Shown in pieces: positions 8,229 to 15,800 of a stretch of DNA of 15,800 nt. The number at the start of each line of letters is the position of its first letter. Within the stretch, counting starts at the first letter, position 1. The position numbers and the translations under genes are program-made. Source of the stretch: a bacterium (GTDB lineage Bacteria > Margulisbacteria > Marinamargulisbacteria > GCA-2716485 > JAYNIM01); assembly GCA_038109055.1 (NCBI GenBank), contig JAYNIM010000002.1, forward strand, positions 26,894-42,693. Direction: 5' to 3'. The notes under the pieces were generated by a model that searched no databases, had not been told where the DNA came from, and saw nothing but the letters and a program-made list of their open reading frames with translations.

Positions 8229-8777
8229 ATGCCAATGAACAAACAAAACCTAAATCTAAACAGCCCGCATCCCCTGATGTTGGCTGGGCTATTGATACTC
8301 GCAAGCCTTTGTCGCTTTCTACCTCATCCACCCAACTTCAGCCCCGTTATTGCTATTGCACTCTTATCCGTTGCCACCTTTAAGCAACGATACTTGCAAC
8401 TTGGCTTTCCTTTAACAATTATGCTCATAACCGACACCGTCTTAGGCCTTCATCGCCTCATGCCCGTCGTCTATCTTTCTCTTATAGGTGCTGCTTTAAG
8501 TGGCATCATACTCAAACAACACGTCTCCTTTTCACGCATGTTAGCGAGTAGCTTGCTTGCTTCTATAACCTTTTTTGCACTTAGTAACTTTGGTGTATGG
8601 ATCTATAGTACTAGTTATGCCAAATCATTAGCTGGCTTAATCAACTGCTACACTCTAGCACTGCCTTTTTTTCACCATACAGTCTTAGCAACAGTGGGCA
8701 CCGTAATGAGTATTTATGGCGTGCTGTACTTATCATCAAAAGTAGGAAATAAAAATGCTATCACAGCAAAACTGTGA
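8229..8777 (+). CDS. DUF6580 family putative transporter (solitary ECF S-component-like, BtuM-like; probable inner-membrane B12 uptake)
   Basis: 182 aa, about 6 hydrophobic segments, with motifs RFLPHPPNFSPVIAIAL, FFALSNFGVW and GLINCYTLALPFF. It starts 33 nt after btuB. Confidence 0.8.
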   Translation: MPMNKQNLNLNSPHPLMLAGLLILASLCRFLPHPPNFSPVIAIALLSVATFKQRYLQLGFPLTIMLITDTVLGLHRLMPVVYLSLIGAALSGIILKQHVSFSRMLASSLLASITFFALSNFGVWIYSTSYAKSLAGLINCYTLALPFFHHTVLATVGTVMSIYGVLYLSSKVGNKNAITAKL

Positions 8778-9078
8778 ACCTTGTAAAAGCGGTGTACCTG
8801 CCCTTAGCCCTACTGAAATTCAGCCCCTTATAGCCGAACTAGGCTCAGATTGGCAAGTGGTTAAAAATCACCACTTATACCGTAAATTTAATTTTAAAAA
8901 CTTTGTAGATGCGCTTGTTTTTACAAATAAAATTGGGGCTATTGCAGAAGACCAACATCATCATCCCAATATCGCCTTAACCTGGGGAGAAGTTGAGGTA
9001 AAAATCTATACCCATAAAATAAACGGTCTTCAGAAAGCTGACTTTGTGTTAGCCGCTAAAATCTCAAACTTAATATAG
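8755..9078 (+). CDS. phhB: Pterin-4-alpha-carbinolamine dehydratase
   Basis: 107 aa with N-terminal CEPC, FKNF, the catalytic signature AEDQHHHPNI, THKINGL and DFVLAAKI. It overlaps the upstream gene by 23 nt and has an AGGA SD. Confidence 0.93.
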   Translation: MLSQQNCEPCKSGVPALSPTEIQPLIAELGSDWQVVKNHHLYRKFNFKNFVDALVFTNKIGAIAEDQHHHPNIALTWGEVEVKIYTHKINGLQKADFVLAAKISNLI

Positions 9079-9089
9079 AGAAAAAATAA

Positions 9090-10067
9090 TCAACGCCCCA
9101 ACCATTCAGCCATTTCCAAGGCCCCGTAGCTAAAAATCATATCTGCCCCAGCTCGTTTGATACACAATAGTTTTTCATACAAGGCATCTTCATAATTAAA
9201 ACACCCTTTTTCAGCGGCAAACTTCAACATCGCATATTCCCCACTGACGTGATAAGCCGCCACCGGACAATGAACACGCTGTTTAATCTGCGAAACAACA
9301 TCCAAATACATCCCAGCTGGCTTAATCATAAGAATATCAGCCCCTTCCTGTACATCCTGAAGGGCTTCTTTTAACGCCTCACGAGGATTGGCAGGATCCA
9401 TTTGATAGGTTTTTTTATCCCCCATTTTAGGTTCAGATTGAAGAGCATCTCTAAAAGGCCCATAAAAAGAAGAAGCATACTTAACCGCATACGACATAAT
9501 CCCTGTATCAATATAACCCGCCTGATCCAAGGCCCTTCGAATCGCCACAACCCGCCCATCCATCATATCAGATGGCGCCACAAAATCAGCCCCAGACTCT
9601 GCCAGTACCACAGCCATCTTTGCTAGCTGTACAACAGTTTCATCATTTAAAACCTTTCCCGCCTTAACAATCCCATCATGTCCATCAGACGAATAAGGGT
9701 CTAAGGCCACATCCGCAAAAATAACAAGCTCCGGGAAGCGCTTTTTTAGCTGTCGAATGACCTTTGGTATTAATCCCTCTGAGTTTAAAGCTTCAGCCGC
9801 CTGTTTATCTTTAAGGTCTTCCTTTATGACAGGAAACAGAGCTAGCGCCCGTATCCCACTCTCACACAACATTTCACAATACGCAAACAAATCCTCTAAT
9901 CCATAGCGATAGACATCCGGCAAAGAGTTAATCTCCGATCGCCCAGAAGACTGATCCTGAACAAACACAGGCAAAACCAAATCAGTCACCGCTAATCGTG
10001 TTTCTGACATCAAAGAGCGAAGAGCCTCTGTTTGACGCAAGCGTCTAAAACGCATAAAACTATCCAT
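9090..10067 (-). CDS. hemB: Porphobilinogen synthase (delta-aminolevulinate dehydratase)
   Basis: Motifs RFRRLR, DVALDPYSSDGHDG (Asp-rich, non-Cys, Mg-type site), APSDMMDGRV, SYAVKYASSFYGPFRDA, MIKP, AYHVSGEYAM and KRAGAD. Confidence 0.98.
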   Translation of the reverse strand: MDSFMRFRRLRQTEALRSLMSETRLAVTDLVLPVFVQDQSSGRSEINSLPDVYRYGLEDLFAYCEMLCESGIRALALFPVIKEDLKDKQAAEALNSEGLIPKVIRQLKKRFPELVIFADVALDPYSSDGHDGIVKAGKVLNDETVVQLAKMAVVLAESGADFVAPSDMMDGRVVAIRRALDQAGYIDTGIMSYAVKYASSFYGPFRDALQSEPKMGDKKTYQMDPANPREALKEALQDVQEGADILMIKPAGMYLDVVSQIKQRVHCPVAAYHVSGEYAMLKFAAEKGCFNYEDALYEKLLCIKRAGADMIFSYGALEMAEWLGR

Positions 10068-10074
10068 AAAAAAT

Positions 10075-10083
10075 ATCTTAGCA
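10075..10083 (-). promoter_or_regulatory. Extended -10 promoter for hemB, probably leaderless
   Basis: Minus strand TGcTAAGAT followed by 7 nt (ATTTTTT) and ATG 10067; no SD. Confidence 0.5.
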
Positions 10084-10434
10084 CACTCTCAAGATTTCAA
10101 CATTTATGTTATGTCATAAACACAGTCTATTTTATTACACAAAAAGAGGATCTAACAAAAGACCTTAGAAGGTTACTCAAAGAGTCCAAAGATTTAAAAA
10201 AGAAACACCCCTTAAAGAAGAGAACGCAAAAGATAAACGTCAAAATAAAGAGTATCAAAAATCTAAGTATCTACCGAAACGATCAAAAAACAATCTCACA
10301 TAAAACTCAGATCAAAATTAAGATCAAAAAAAGAATGAAAAACAATTAAAAACATGAATATATCTAAATTAGATTACATTTTATTATTAAATAAAACGAA
10401 AGATCACTATTACAAAAAAAAATAAAAAACGTCT

Positions 10435-12300
10435 TTACCACAAACGCTTAAAAACCGTCTGAAAAAATCTAACTCCCTGCGGACTCAAAATTGATTCCGG
10501 ATGAAACTGAACACTATAAAAATGTGTCCCTTTCAAGGCATGAATCTCCTTATTTTTAAGATCATAGGCCACATCCACACCTTCTACATCCTCTTTAAAC
10601 CGTCCTACAAAGGTATTATAAAAGCCCATATTTACAGACTGCCCAAAAAGGTCTATGTTTTGCTGAACACCTTGATAAGGGCTCTCTTTGCACACAATCT
10701 CAATACCTAATTCAGCACACAAGACCTGATGCGACAAACATTCAGCAAAAAAGACTTTCTTCTCGCTTAACAAAGACATTAATAACTTCCGTAAACACTG
10801 TATTTTAGGAGATTGCAAATCCAAAGGATCCCCAGGGCCAGGCCCCAAAAATACCATATCCGCCCCCATCTCTTCGGGAATGATCTCCTGCCAAGACACT
10901 CGTTTAACTTTCAAGCCAATTTTTCGTAAAATCTGTTGAATCATAAAAGAAAAATCATCCTCAAAATCCACCAACAAAAGTGTTTTTCCACACAAACCCG
11001 CAACCTCATACGACTGTCCCTGCTGCGATTCCATCCAAAAACGCGACAATCGCTGATTACGTAGCATCAACGTTTGCTGACTCTCATCACTCAACAACGA
11101 TGGATAAGGTGTAGCAGGCAAACTCTGCTCAGCCGCTTCCATAGACCGAATCACACCTGCTAACTTTGCTTCGGTCTCTTTAACTTCATCTGCAGGTTTA
11201 GACGAACGAACCAAGGTTGCTCCAACCTGTGCCAAAAGATCCCCTTCCCGACTAATCTCCAACGACCGAATCGTAATAGGCGCGTCCAAAAACACCTCCC
11301 CTTCTTCATCTCGCCCAATCATCGCAATCATGGCTGAATAATAAGACCGTGACTCCTTTTCATAACGAGTCAACACGCGAAACGCATTTTGAATAGGGCT
11401 ACCCGTCACAGTCGGGGCATACATCGACGCCCGTAAAAGATCTGCTATACAATGTTCAGAGATCCCTCTTAATACATACTCTGTATGAATCAACTGCGCC
11501 ATCTCTTTTAAAAAGGGCCCTTCAATGGTTCCGCCTGATTCACAAATCTGACACATCATTTTAAGTTCTTCATCTGTCACCATAAACAACTCAAATATTT
11601 CTTTTTCATCCTGCAAAAAAGCCAGCAAATCAGCCTTTTGCTCAATCAAGCTCTTTGAATGATCCTTACGAAAGGTCCCACTAATAGGGTTCATACTAAC
11701 CCTGCCTTGATACATAGAAATATGACGTTCAGGAGACGCCCCCAAAATAAACTCTTCTCCATCATAAAACACATAGGTCCAATAAGCCCCATATTCATTC
11801 ACCAACAACGAACGAAAAATCGCCAAAACCTGTGCCAACACATCCCCTTTCAACGTAGCCGTCAAACGACGCGATATCACAAAATTAGCCCCTTCACCCC
11901 GACCAATTTCCTCTGAAATAATACGAGCTACAATCGCCTCATAGTCTTCACCACTCCAGTTATAAGAAAAATTTTCCAAGGTAACAGCAAGGGGCTTAAT
12001 ATCTTTACACACAGTTTCCAGAGACAAATAAGACTGATGTTCAACCTTCAAACGCTTTATTTTCTCGTTATCATCATGCACCTCAAAGCCTCGTTCTTTG
12101 GCCTGACAAAAAGGGATCAACTGAATCGAATCGACACTACCCTTAGAACATCCCTCATCAGGCAAACCAATCTCATCTAAGTGATCCAAAAAGCGAATCT
12201 CCCCATAACAACTCAACACACGCTCTTCAGAGCCCTTACGCAATAAAAAAAACGCTTTATCTCTTAATGTATCTACTAACATGGCTCTATATTCACTCAA
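10435..12300 (-). CDS. PhzE-like fused chorismate-binding (MST) + glutamine amidotransferase enzyme (ADIC synthase / anthranilate synthase family)
   Basis: PhzE-type motifs GEGANFVI, GAYWT, GASPERH, MNPISGT, ELFMVTDEELKMM, GPFLKEMA..HTEY, APTVTGSP and VGATLVR. C-terminal type-I GATase with GPGPGDP, CLSHQ and QFHPES. TTG start. Confidence 0.88.
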   Translation of the reverse strand: MSEYRAMLVDTLRDKAFFLLRKGSEERVLSCYGEIRFLDHLDEIGLPDEGCSKGSVDSIQLIPFCQAKERGFEVHDDNEKIKRLKVEHQSYLSLETVCKDIKPLAVTLENFSYNWSGEDYEAIVARIISEEIGRGEGANFVISRRLTATLKGDVLAQVLAIFRSLLVNEYGAYWTYVFYDGEEFILGASPERHISMYQGRVSMNPISGTFRKDHSKSLIEQKADLLAFLQDEKEIFELFMVTDEELKMMCQICESGGTIEGPFLKEMAQLIHTEYVLRGISEHCIADLLRASMYAPTVTGSPIQNAFRVLTRYEKESRSYYSAMIAMIGRDEEGEVFLDAPITIRSLEISREGDLLAQVGATLVRSSKPADEVKETEAKLAGVIRSMEAAEQSLPATPYPSLLSDESQQTLMLRNQRLSRFWMESQQGQSYEVAGLCGKTLLLVDFEDDFSFMIQQILRKIGLKVKRVSWQEIIPEEMGADMVFLGPGPGDPLDLQSPKIQCLRKLLMSLLSEKKVFFAECLSHQVLCAELGIEIVCKESPYQGVQQNIDLFGQSVNMGFYNTFVGRFKEDVEGVDVAYDLKNKEIHALKGTHFYSVQFHPESILSPQGVRFFQTVFKRLW

Positions 12301-12330
12301 AATAAGCCTACTCTTAACCGCCTTTCTTGT

Positions 12331-15300
12331 CTAGAAAACATTAAGCGTACCATAACAAATAATAGCGCCTTTCACTGTTTGTGAGCCTAAAGGCCCTCGA
12401 TAAAAAGAAAGACCCTGAATTAAAAAAACATCCCCTCTATGATGAATATCTAAAGCTTCAGAAATAAAAAAAGACATTTGTTTAGATTGATCAACACATA
12501 TCACCTTTTGTATCTTCTCATCTTTCTTAGAAATAAAAACTGTCCAATCTCCCACACAATAAACACAATCCTCTTCACGTGAATGTTTAGTAAGTAACAT
12601 ATGTAAAAACCAATATACCCGTGGCGTGTACTCTTTCTTAGACGCTGATTTTGGATGATATGTATTTTCACATGAAATCTTACTAAAATTCCCTTGATCT
12701 TCTAATATGAATGGATCTCTTCCCGACAACATCACATAATTTTGTTGATAAAACACGTCTTGACCAGATAAAGAATAAACAACAACACGACTCCCAACAC
12801 TTATTTTTAAAAGGCTATAATCTGTATATATCTGAAGTGACACATCTCCTCCATTCAAAATAGCTTCCTGTAAGCGCGGAATATTAAAGGCTGATTGTAA
12901 AAAAGAGCTGATCTTATCTAACTCCTTGCTTGGTGTTTTACGTACACCCGTTTCAAGCTCAGTCATCCACGCATCCCGTTGATCACGTGTATCCCTATTT
13001 AACTGTTGATTTTCTTTTATGACCGCCACTGCCATAGAACTAATATACGCTTTTAACTCTGATGTTATTGAACGATTTTCTTCCTGCTCTAAATGATGAA
13101 TAATGCACAAATACCTTTCCATTCTCTGAACTTTTGTCAACTCCGTTTTCTTATCTTTTATCAACTCATCCAGCAAGCCCTTTAAAAACCGCTGAAGAAA
13201 AAGGACTTTCGAATTTTCCAACGATTTTATAAACAAATTTATCAATAAAATAAGACTCTTGCCTGTCACATTTTTCCACAAGCTAATTAACCACTTTAAT
13301 TGTGTATCATCTGCATAATTCCCATAAAAAGATGTTAATGGTATTAATGACTCATCTTTAACAGCTTTTAAATATTTAACAGCCTCATGACACATCCCCA
13401 CATGATCAGCCAGTGTTAACGCCTCATCCTGAATTAATCTAACAAGCTGTTGCCCAAATAACTCCGACACACTTTGTGTATAATCTTTGTGATCAGAAAC
13501 ATACATAGTCTGAACTATATTTCCGAAAGATTCCAAACATCTTTTAAACCCTTTCGAAGTTGTTTGCTGGCTAAGAAAAAGACTTAAAATCTCTTCATTA
13601 AATAAGACACCATTAAAAGGTTCATTTTCATTTGAATCAAATCGTTGTTGAATAATACAGGCCGAAATTGCCTGATTATCTAAAGGTAATTGACTTCCCT
13701 TTAAATATGGCACCAATTCTAAAGAATTCAGACTAATCGTTTGTCCCTTAAGCTTTAAAAAATGCAATCTTTCAAAAGGAACATCCTTAACGTCAATCAA
13801 AGCTAATACATCTTGAGAAACTGAGCATAAATCATGATCGTCATCAAGACGAGCAAAGAAAGCTTCTAAACGTTGAACAGAGCTAATCAATTGGCAAAAA
13901 ACAGCATGTTCCTTAAAATAACACTTACCTAATGTAAGCACACCTTTTAAGGTCATGTCATTTATTAAGGTCGTTTCAATTTTTAAGGGCTTGTCCTTTG
14001 AAAGACTATCATTGCCATACAACAAAGCTTTAAAACGTTGATGAAACCTCCTATCAAACGTTTGATGATCAAAATCAACAAAACACTCATCTAACAATCT
14101 AACTTTATCTGCCACCCTATCCAAAAACCTTGTTCCATCAATACAAAAATTCAAAGGGAACTGCCGAACTACATCCAAGGAACCAGAGGATATAGAAGAT
14201 ACAGAAAATGTCACATCCGCTAAATCCGTCTCAATAAGATTCTTAACAGCACTGTAAGGCTCCTGTGGTTTTTTAGTCTCTGTTGGTTTAGCTACTTGTA
14301 AAGCAACTTCTTCTTGTGCAGCTTGTTTTATACGACTTTGAGATAATTGTGCATAACCTAAAATCTGCTGAATAAGATCCTTATTATGCCAACCAAAACA
14401 TTTATCTGAATATAAAAACTTCATAGCTTTTTCACAATACGAATGAAACGAAGAATCCAAAAACCGTTCCTCTGCAATAGCCTCCATAAACTTTATCCAA
14501 GACTTCCAATTGTCACTAAATAATAATCGTCTATCTACAGAACCGTTAACCCTAGCTTTTTCATCCAGCAAAAATCCCCGAATATGAATATAGGAAGACC
14601 CGATAGATGTTGATACCAACAAAAAATCCTGAATATGCCTATACGAACACCCTATAGATATTGATGCTAGCAAAAAATCCCGAATATGATTAACTAAGCA
14701 ATCTTTAATCATTGACGCCATCAAAAACTCCTCAATAGACTCATTAGAACACGCTTGAGATATTGACGCCTTCCATAAATTCCAACTACGCTTATCAGAA
14801 CACGCATTAATTATGCAAGCTTTCCATAAAGTAAGTTGTTTTGATTTTAAAGTAGATGAAAAACCCAATTCTTGAGAATTAGATAGTTTTGATTTTAAAG
14901 TAGATATTGACTCTTGAAATTCAATCAGAAGTTTAGCAAAAGAGTCATCTAATTTTTGAGAATCCTGTTGAGAATCAAGGCTTATATCAGCACCTATTAC
15001 AACTGCAAACGTATGTTTATGTGTCTGATTAGATAAATCAAGTAAACGATCCAGAGACTTAAAAAACGATGTTAAATATGAACAAAAAGAATCTTTATCT
15101 TCCTTCGAACTACAGAAAAAAAAAGTGCGTAAAGTATGGATAAAAAACAAAGAGCCAGGTTGAAAAAAAAGAGTGAATCGAGTCAATGATCCTCCAGTAA
15201 CTTCTTTAGCCACCCCACGTCCTAGTTTCTGTGATTTAATTGTTTTTATTGCTAAATTAACTAAATTGAACTGATCTAGTATTCTTTTACTAACTTTCAA

Positions 15301-15800
15301 CGAAGAAAATAAATCAAATGAATGAAGAGTTGCATATATTAAAATTTCTAAAACAACATCACCACTAATAACAAGTTCCTTTTGTTCACATCCCTCATAA
15401 ATCCCCCTCAATTCTTGCTTATTTGTATCAGTTTGCTCAATGCTATCTAATGCAAATAATAATAAACTAAAAAAAACATGTTTTTGTTTAATATCAGAAT
15501 CAGCATTTATTAAATTCAATACTTCTTTAATATCATTTACAGTAACAGTCCGCTGATCTACATTTTTTAATAAAGAAAGAAACGATCTTTTTGTTTGTTC
15601 ATTCAGACCGTCAGAATCAAAAGCCCATTTTTTAATATACGCTTGAAGTTGTTCAGTCAAATACATATGTATCACCTCATCCTCTTTACAGCCTACAGAT
15701 GCGGGTACGGGTACGGGTACGGGTACGGGTACGGGTACGGGTGCGGGTGCGGGTACGGGTGCGGGTGCGGGTGCGGGTGCGGGTGCGGGTGCGGGTGCGG
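12331..15800 (-). CDS. Large hypothetical protein; frame open to the window edge, so probably 5'-truncated (alternative start ATG 15666)
   Basis: There is no stop upstream of the track's GTG 15675: the frame continues ...PAPAPVPVPVPASVGCKEDEVIHMYLTEQ. GAGGTG 6 nt before ATG 15666 could alternatively be an SD. Mostly helical-looking, with no recognised domain. Confidence 0.8.
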   Translation of the reverse strand, partial: APAPAPAPAPAPAPVPAPAPVPVPVPVPVPVPASVGCKEDEVIHMYLTEQLQAYIKKWAFDSDGLNEQTKRSFLSLLKNVDQRTVTVNDIKEVLNLINADSDIKQKHVFFSLLLFALDSIEQTDTNKQELRGIYEGCEQKELVISGDVVLEILIYATLHSFDLFSSLKVSKRILDQFNLVNLAIKTIKSQKLGRGVAKEVTGGSLTRFTLFFQPGSLFFIHTLRTFFFCSSKEDKDSFCSYLTSFFKSLDRLLDLSNQTHKHTFAVVIGADISLDSQQDSQKLDDSFAKLLIEFQESISTLKSKLSNSQELGFSSTLKSKQLTLWKACIINACSDKRSWNLWKASISQACSNESIEEFLMASMIKDCLVNHIRDFLLASISIGCSYRHIQDFLLVSTSIGSSYIHIRGFLLDEKARVNGSVDRRLLFSDNWKSWIKFMEAIAEERFLDSSFHSYCEKAMKFLYSDKCFGWHNKDLIQQILGYAQLSQSRIKQAAQEEVALQVAKPTETKKPQEPYSAVKNLIETDLADVTFSVSSISSGSLDVVRQFPLNFCIDGTRFLDRVADKVRLLDECFVDFDHQTFDRRFHQRFKALLYGNDSLSKDKPLKIETTLINDMTLKGVLTLGKCYFKEHAVFCQLISSVQRLEAFFARLDDDHDLCSVSQDVLALIDVKDVPFERLHFLKLKGQTISLNSLELVPYLKGSQLPLDNQAISACIIQQRFDSNENEPFNGVLFNEEILSLFLSQQTTSKGFKRCLESFGNIVQTMYVSDHKDYTQSVSELFGQQLVRLIQDEALTLADHVGMCHEAVKYLKAVKDESLIPLTSFYGNYADDTQLKWLISLWKNVTGKSLILLINLFIKSLENSKVLFLQRFLKGLLDELIKDKKTELTKVQRMERYLCIIHHLEQEENRSITSELKAYISSMAVAVIKENQQLNRDTRDQRDAWMTELETGVRKTPSKELDKISSFLQSAFNIPRLQEAILNGGDVSLQIYTDYSLLKISVGSRVVVYSLSGQDVFYQQNYVMLSGRDPFILEDQGNFSKISCENTYHPKSASKKEYTPRVYWFLHMLLTKHSREEDCVYCVGDWTVFISKKDEKIQKVICVDQSKQMSFFISEALDIHHRGDVFLIQGLSFYRGPLGSQTVKGAIICYGTLNVF
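14566..14838 (-). repeat. Degenerate 51-nt (17-aa) coding tandem repeat, about 5.3 units
   Basis: QLTLWKACIINACSDKR / SWNLWKASISQACSNES / IEEFLMASMIKDCLVNH / IRDFLLASISIGCSYRH / IQDFLLVSTSIGSSYIH / IRGFLL. An adjacent exact 20-nt repeat GTTTTGATTTTAAAGTAGAT lies at 14838-14857 and 14886-14905. Confidence 0.85.
15700..15800. repeat. Hexamer microsatellite (TRCGGG)n, at least 16 units, running off the window
   Basis: TGCGGG x1, TACGGG x6, TGCGGG x2, TACGGG x1, TGCGGG x6 plus a partial unit. On the minus strand it encodes Pro-Ala/Pro-Val. Confidence 0.98.

Noticed and set aside
9090..10067. hemB as evidence for de novo cobalamin synthesis
   Set aside because: HemB is common to all tetrapyrrole pathways, it is convergent to the B12 operon, and no cob/cbi genes are present.
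10103..10120. TTTATG-N6-CATAAA inverted repeat upstream of hemB as an operator
   Set aside because: Only 6-bp AT-rich arms, one copy, and no regulator can be assigned.
10032..10349. Lys-rich 105-aa + strand ORF
   Set aside because: Its TTG start lies inside hemB, it crosses the hemB promoter, and the Lys content simply reflects A-rich intergenic DNA. No long minus-strand frame was found either.
9371..11916. Short ORFs within hemB and the phzE-like gene (9371-9559, 9402-9626, 10501-10710, 11659-11916)
   Set aside because: They overlap conserved genes and have no independent support.

Overview
AT-rich chromosomal segment from a diderm bacterium, centred on vitamin B12 use and uptake. It carries B12-dependent methionine synthase (metH, - strand) and, 1.7 kb away, a short class-II-type cobalamin riboswitch. 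The riboswitch precedes a probable operon of a BtuB-like TonB-dependent receptor, a DUF6580/BtuM-like membrane protein and pterin-4a-carbinolamine dehydratase. The receptor is unusual: an extra N-terminal domain ahead of the TonB box looks like a degenerate duplicate of its own plug domain. The right half has hemB, a stand-alone PhzE-like fused chorismate/glutamine amidotransferase enzyme with no phz or trp neighbours, and a large orphan protein with 17-aa internal repeats. Both window ends run into coding tandem repeats that the ORF track missed or mis-started: a Gln/Met-rich protein on the left and an in-frame (Pro-Ala/Pro-Val)n tract on the right. Several genes look leaderless (-10 box 6-7 nt before ATG, no SD). 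All family calls are from motif recognition by eye; no database searches were run.
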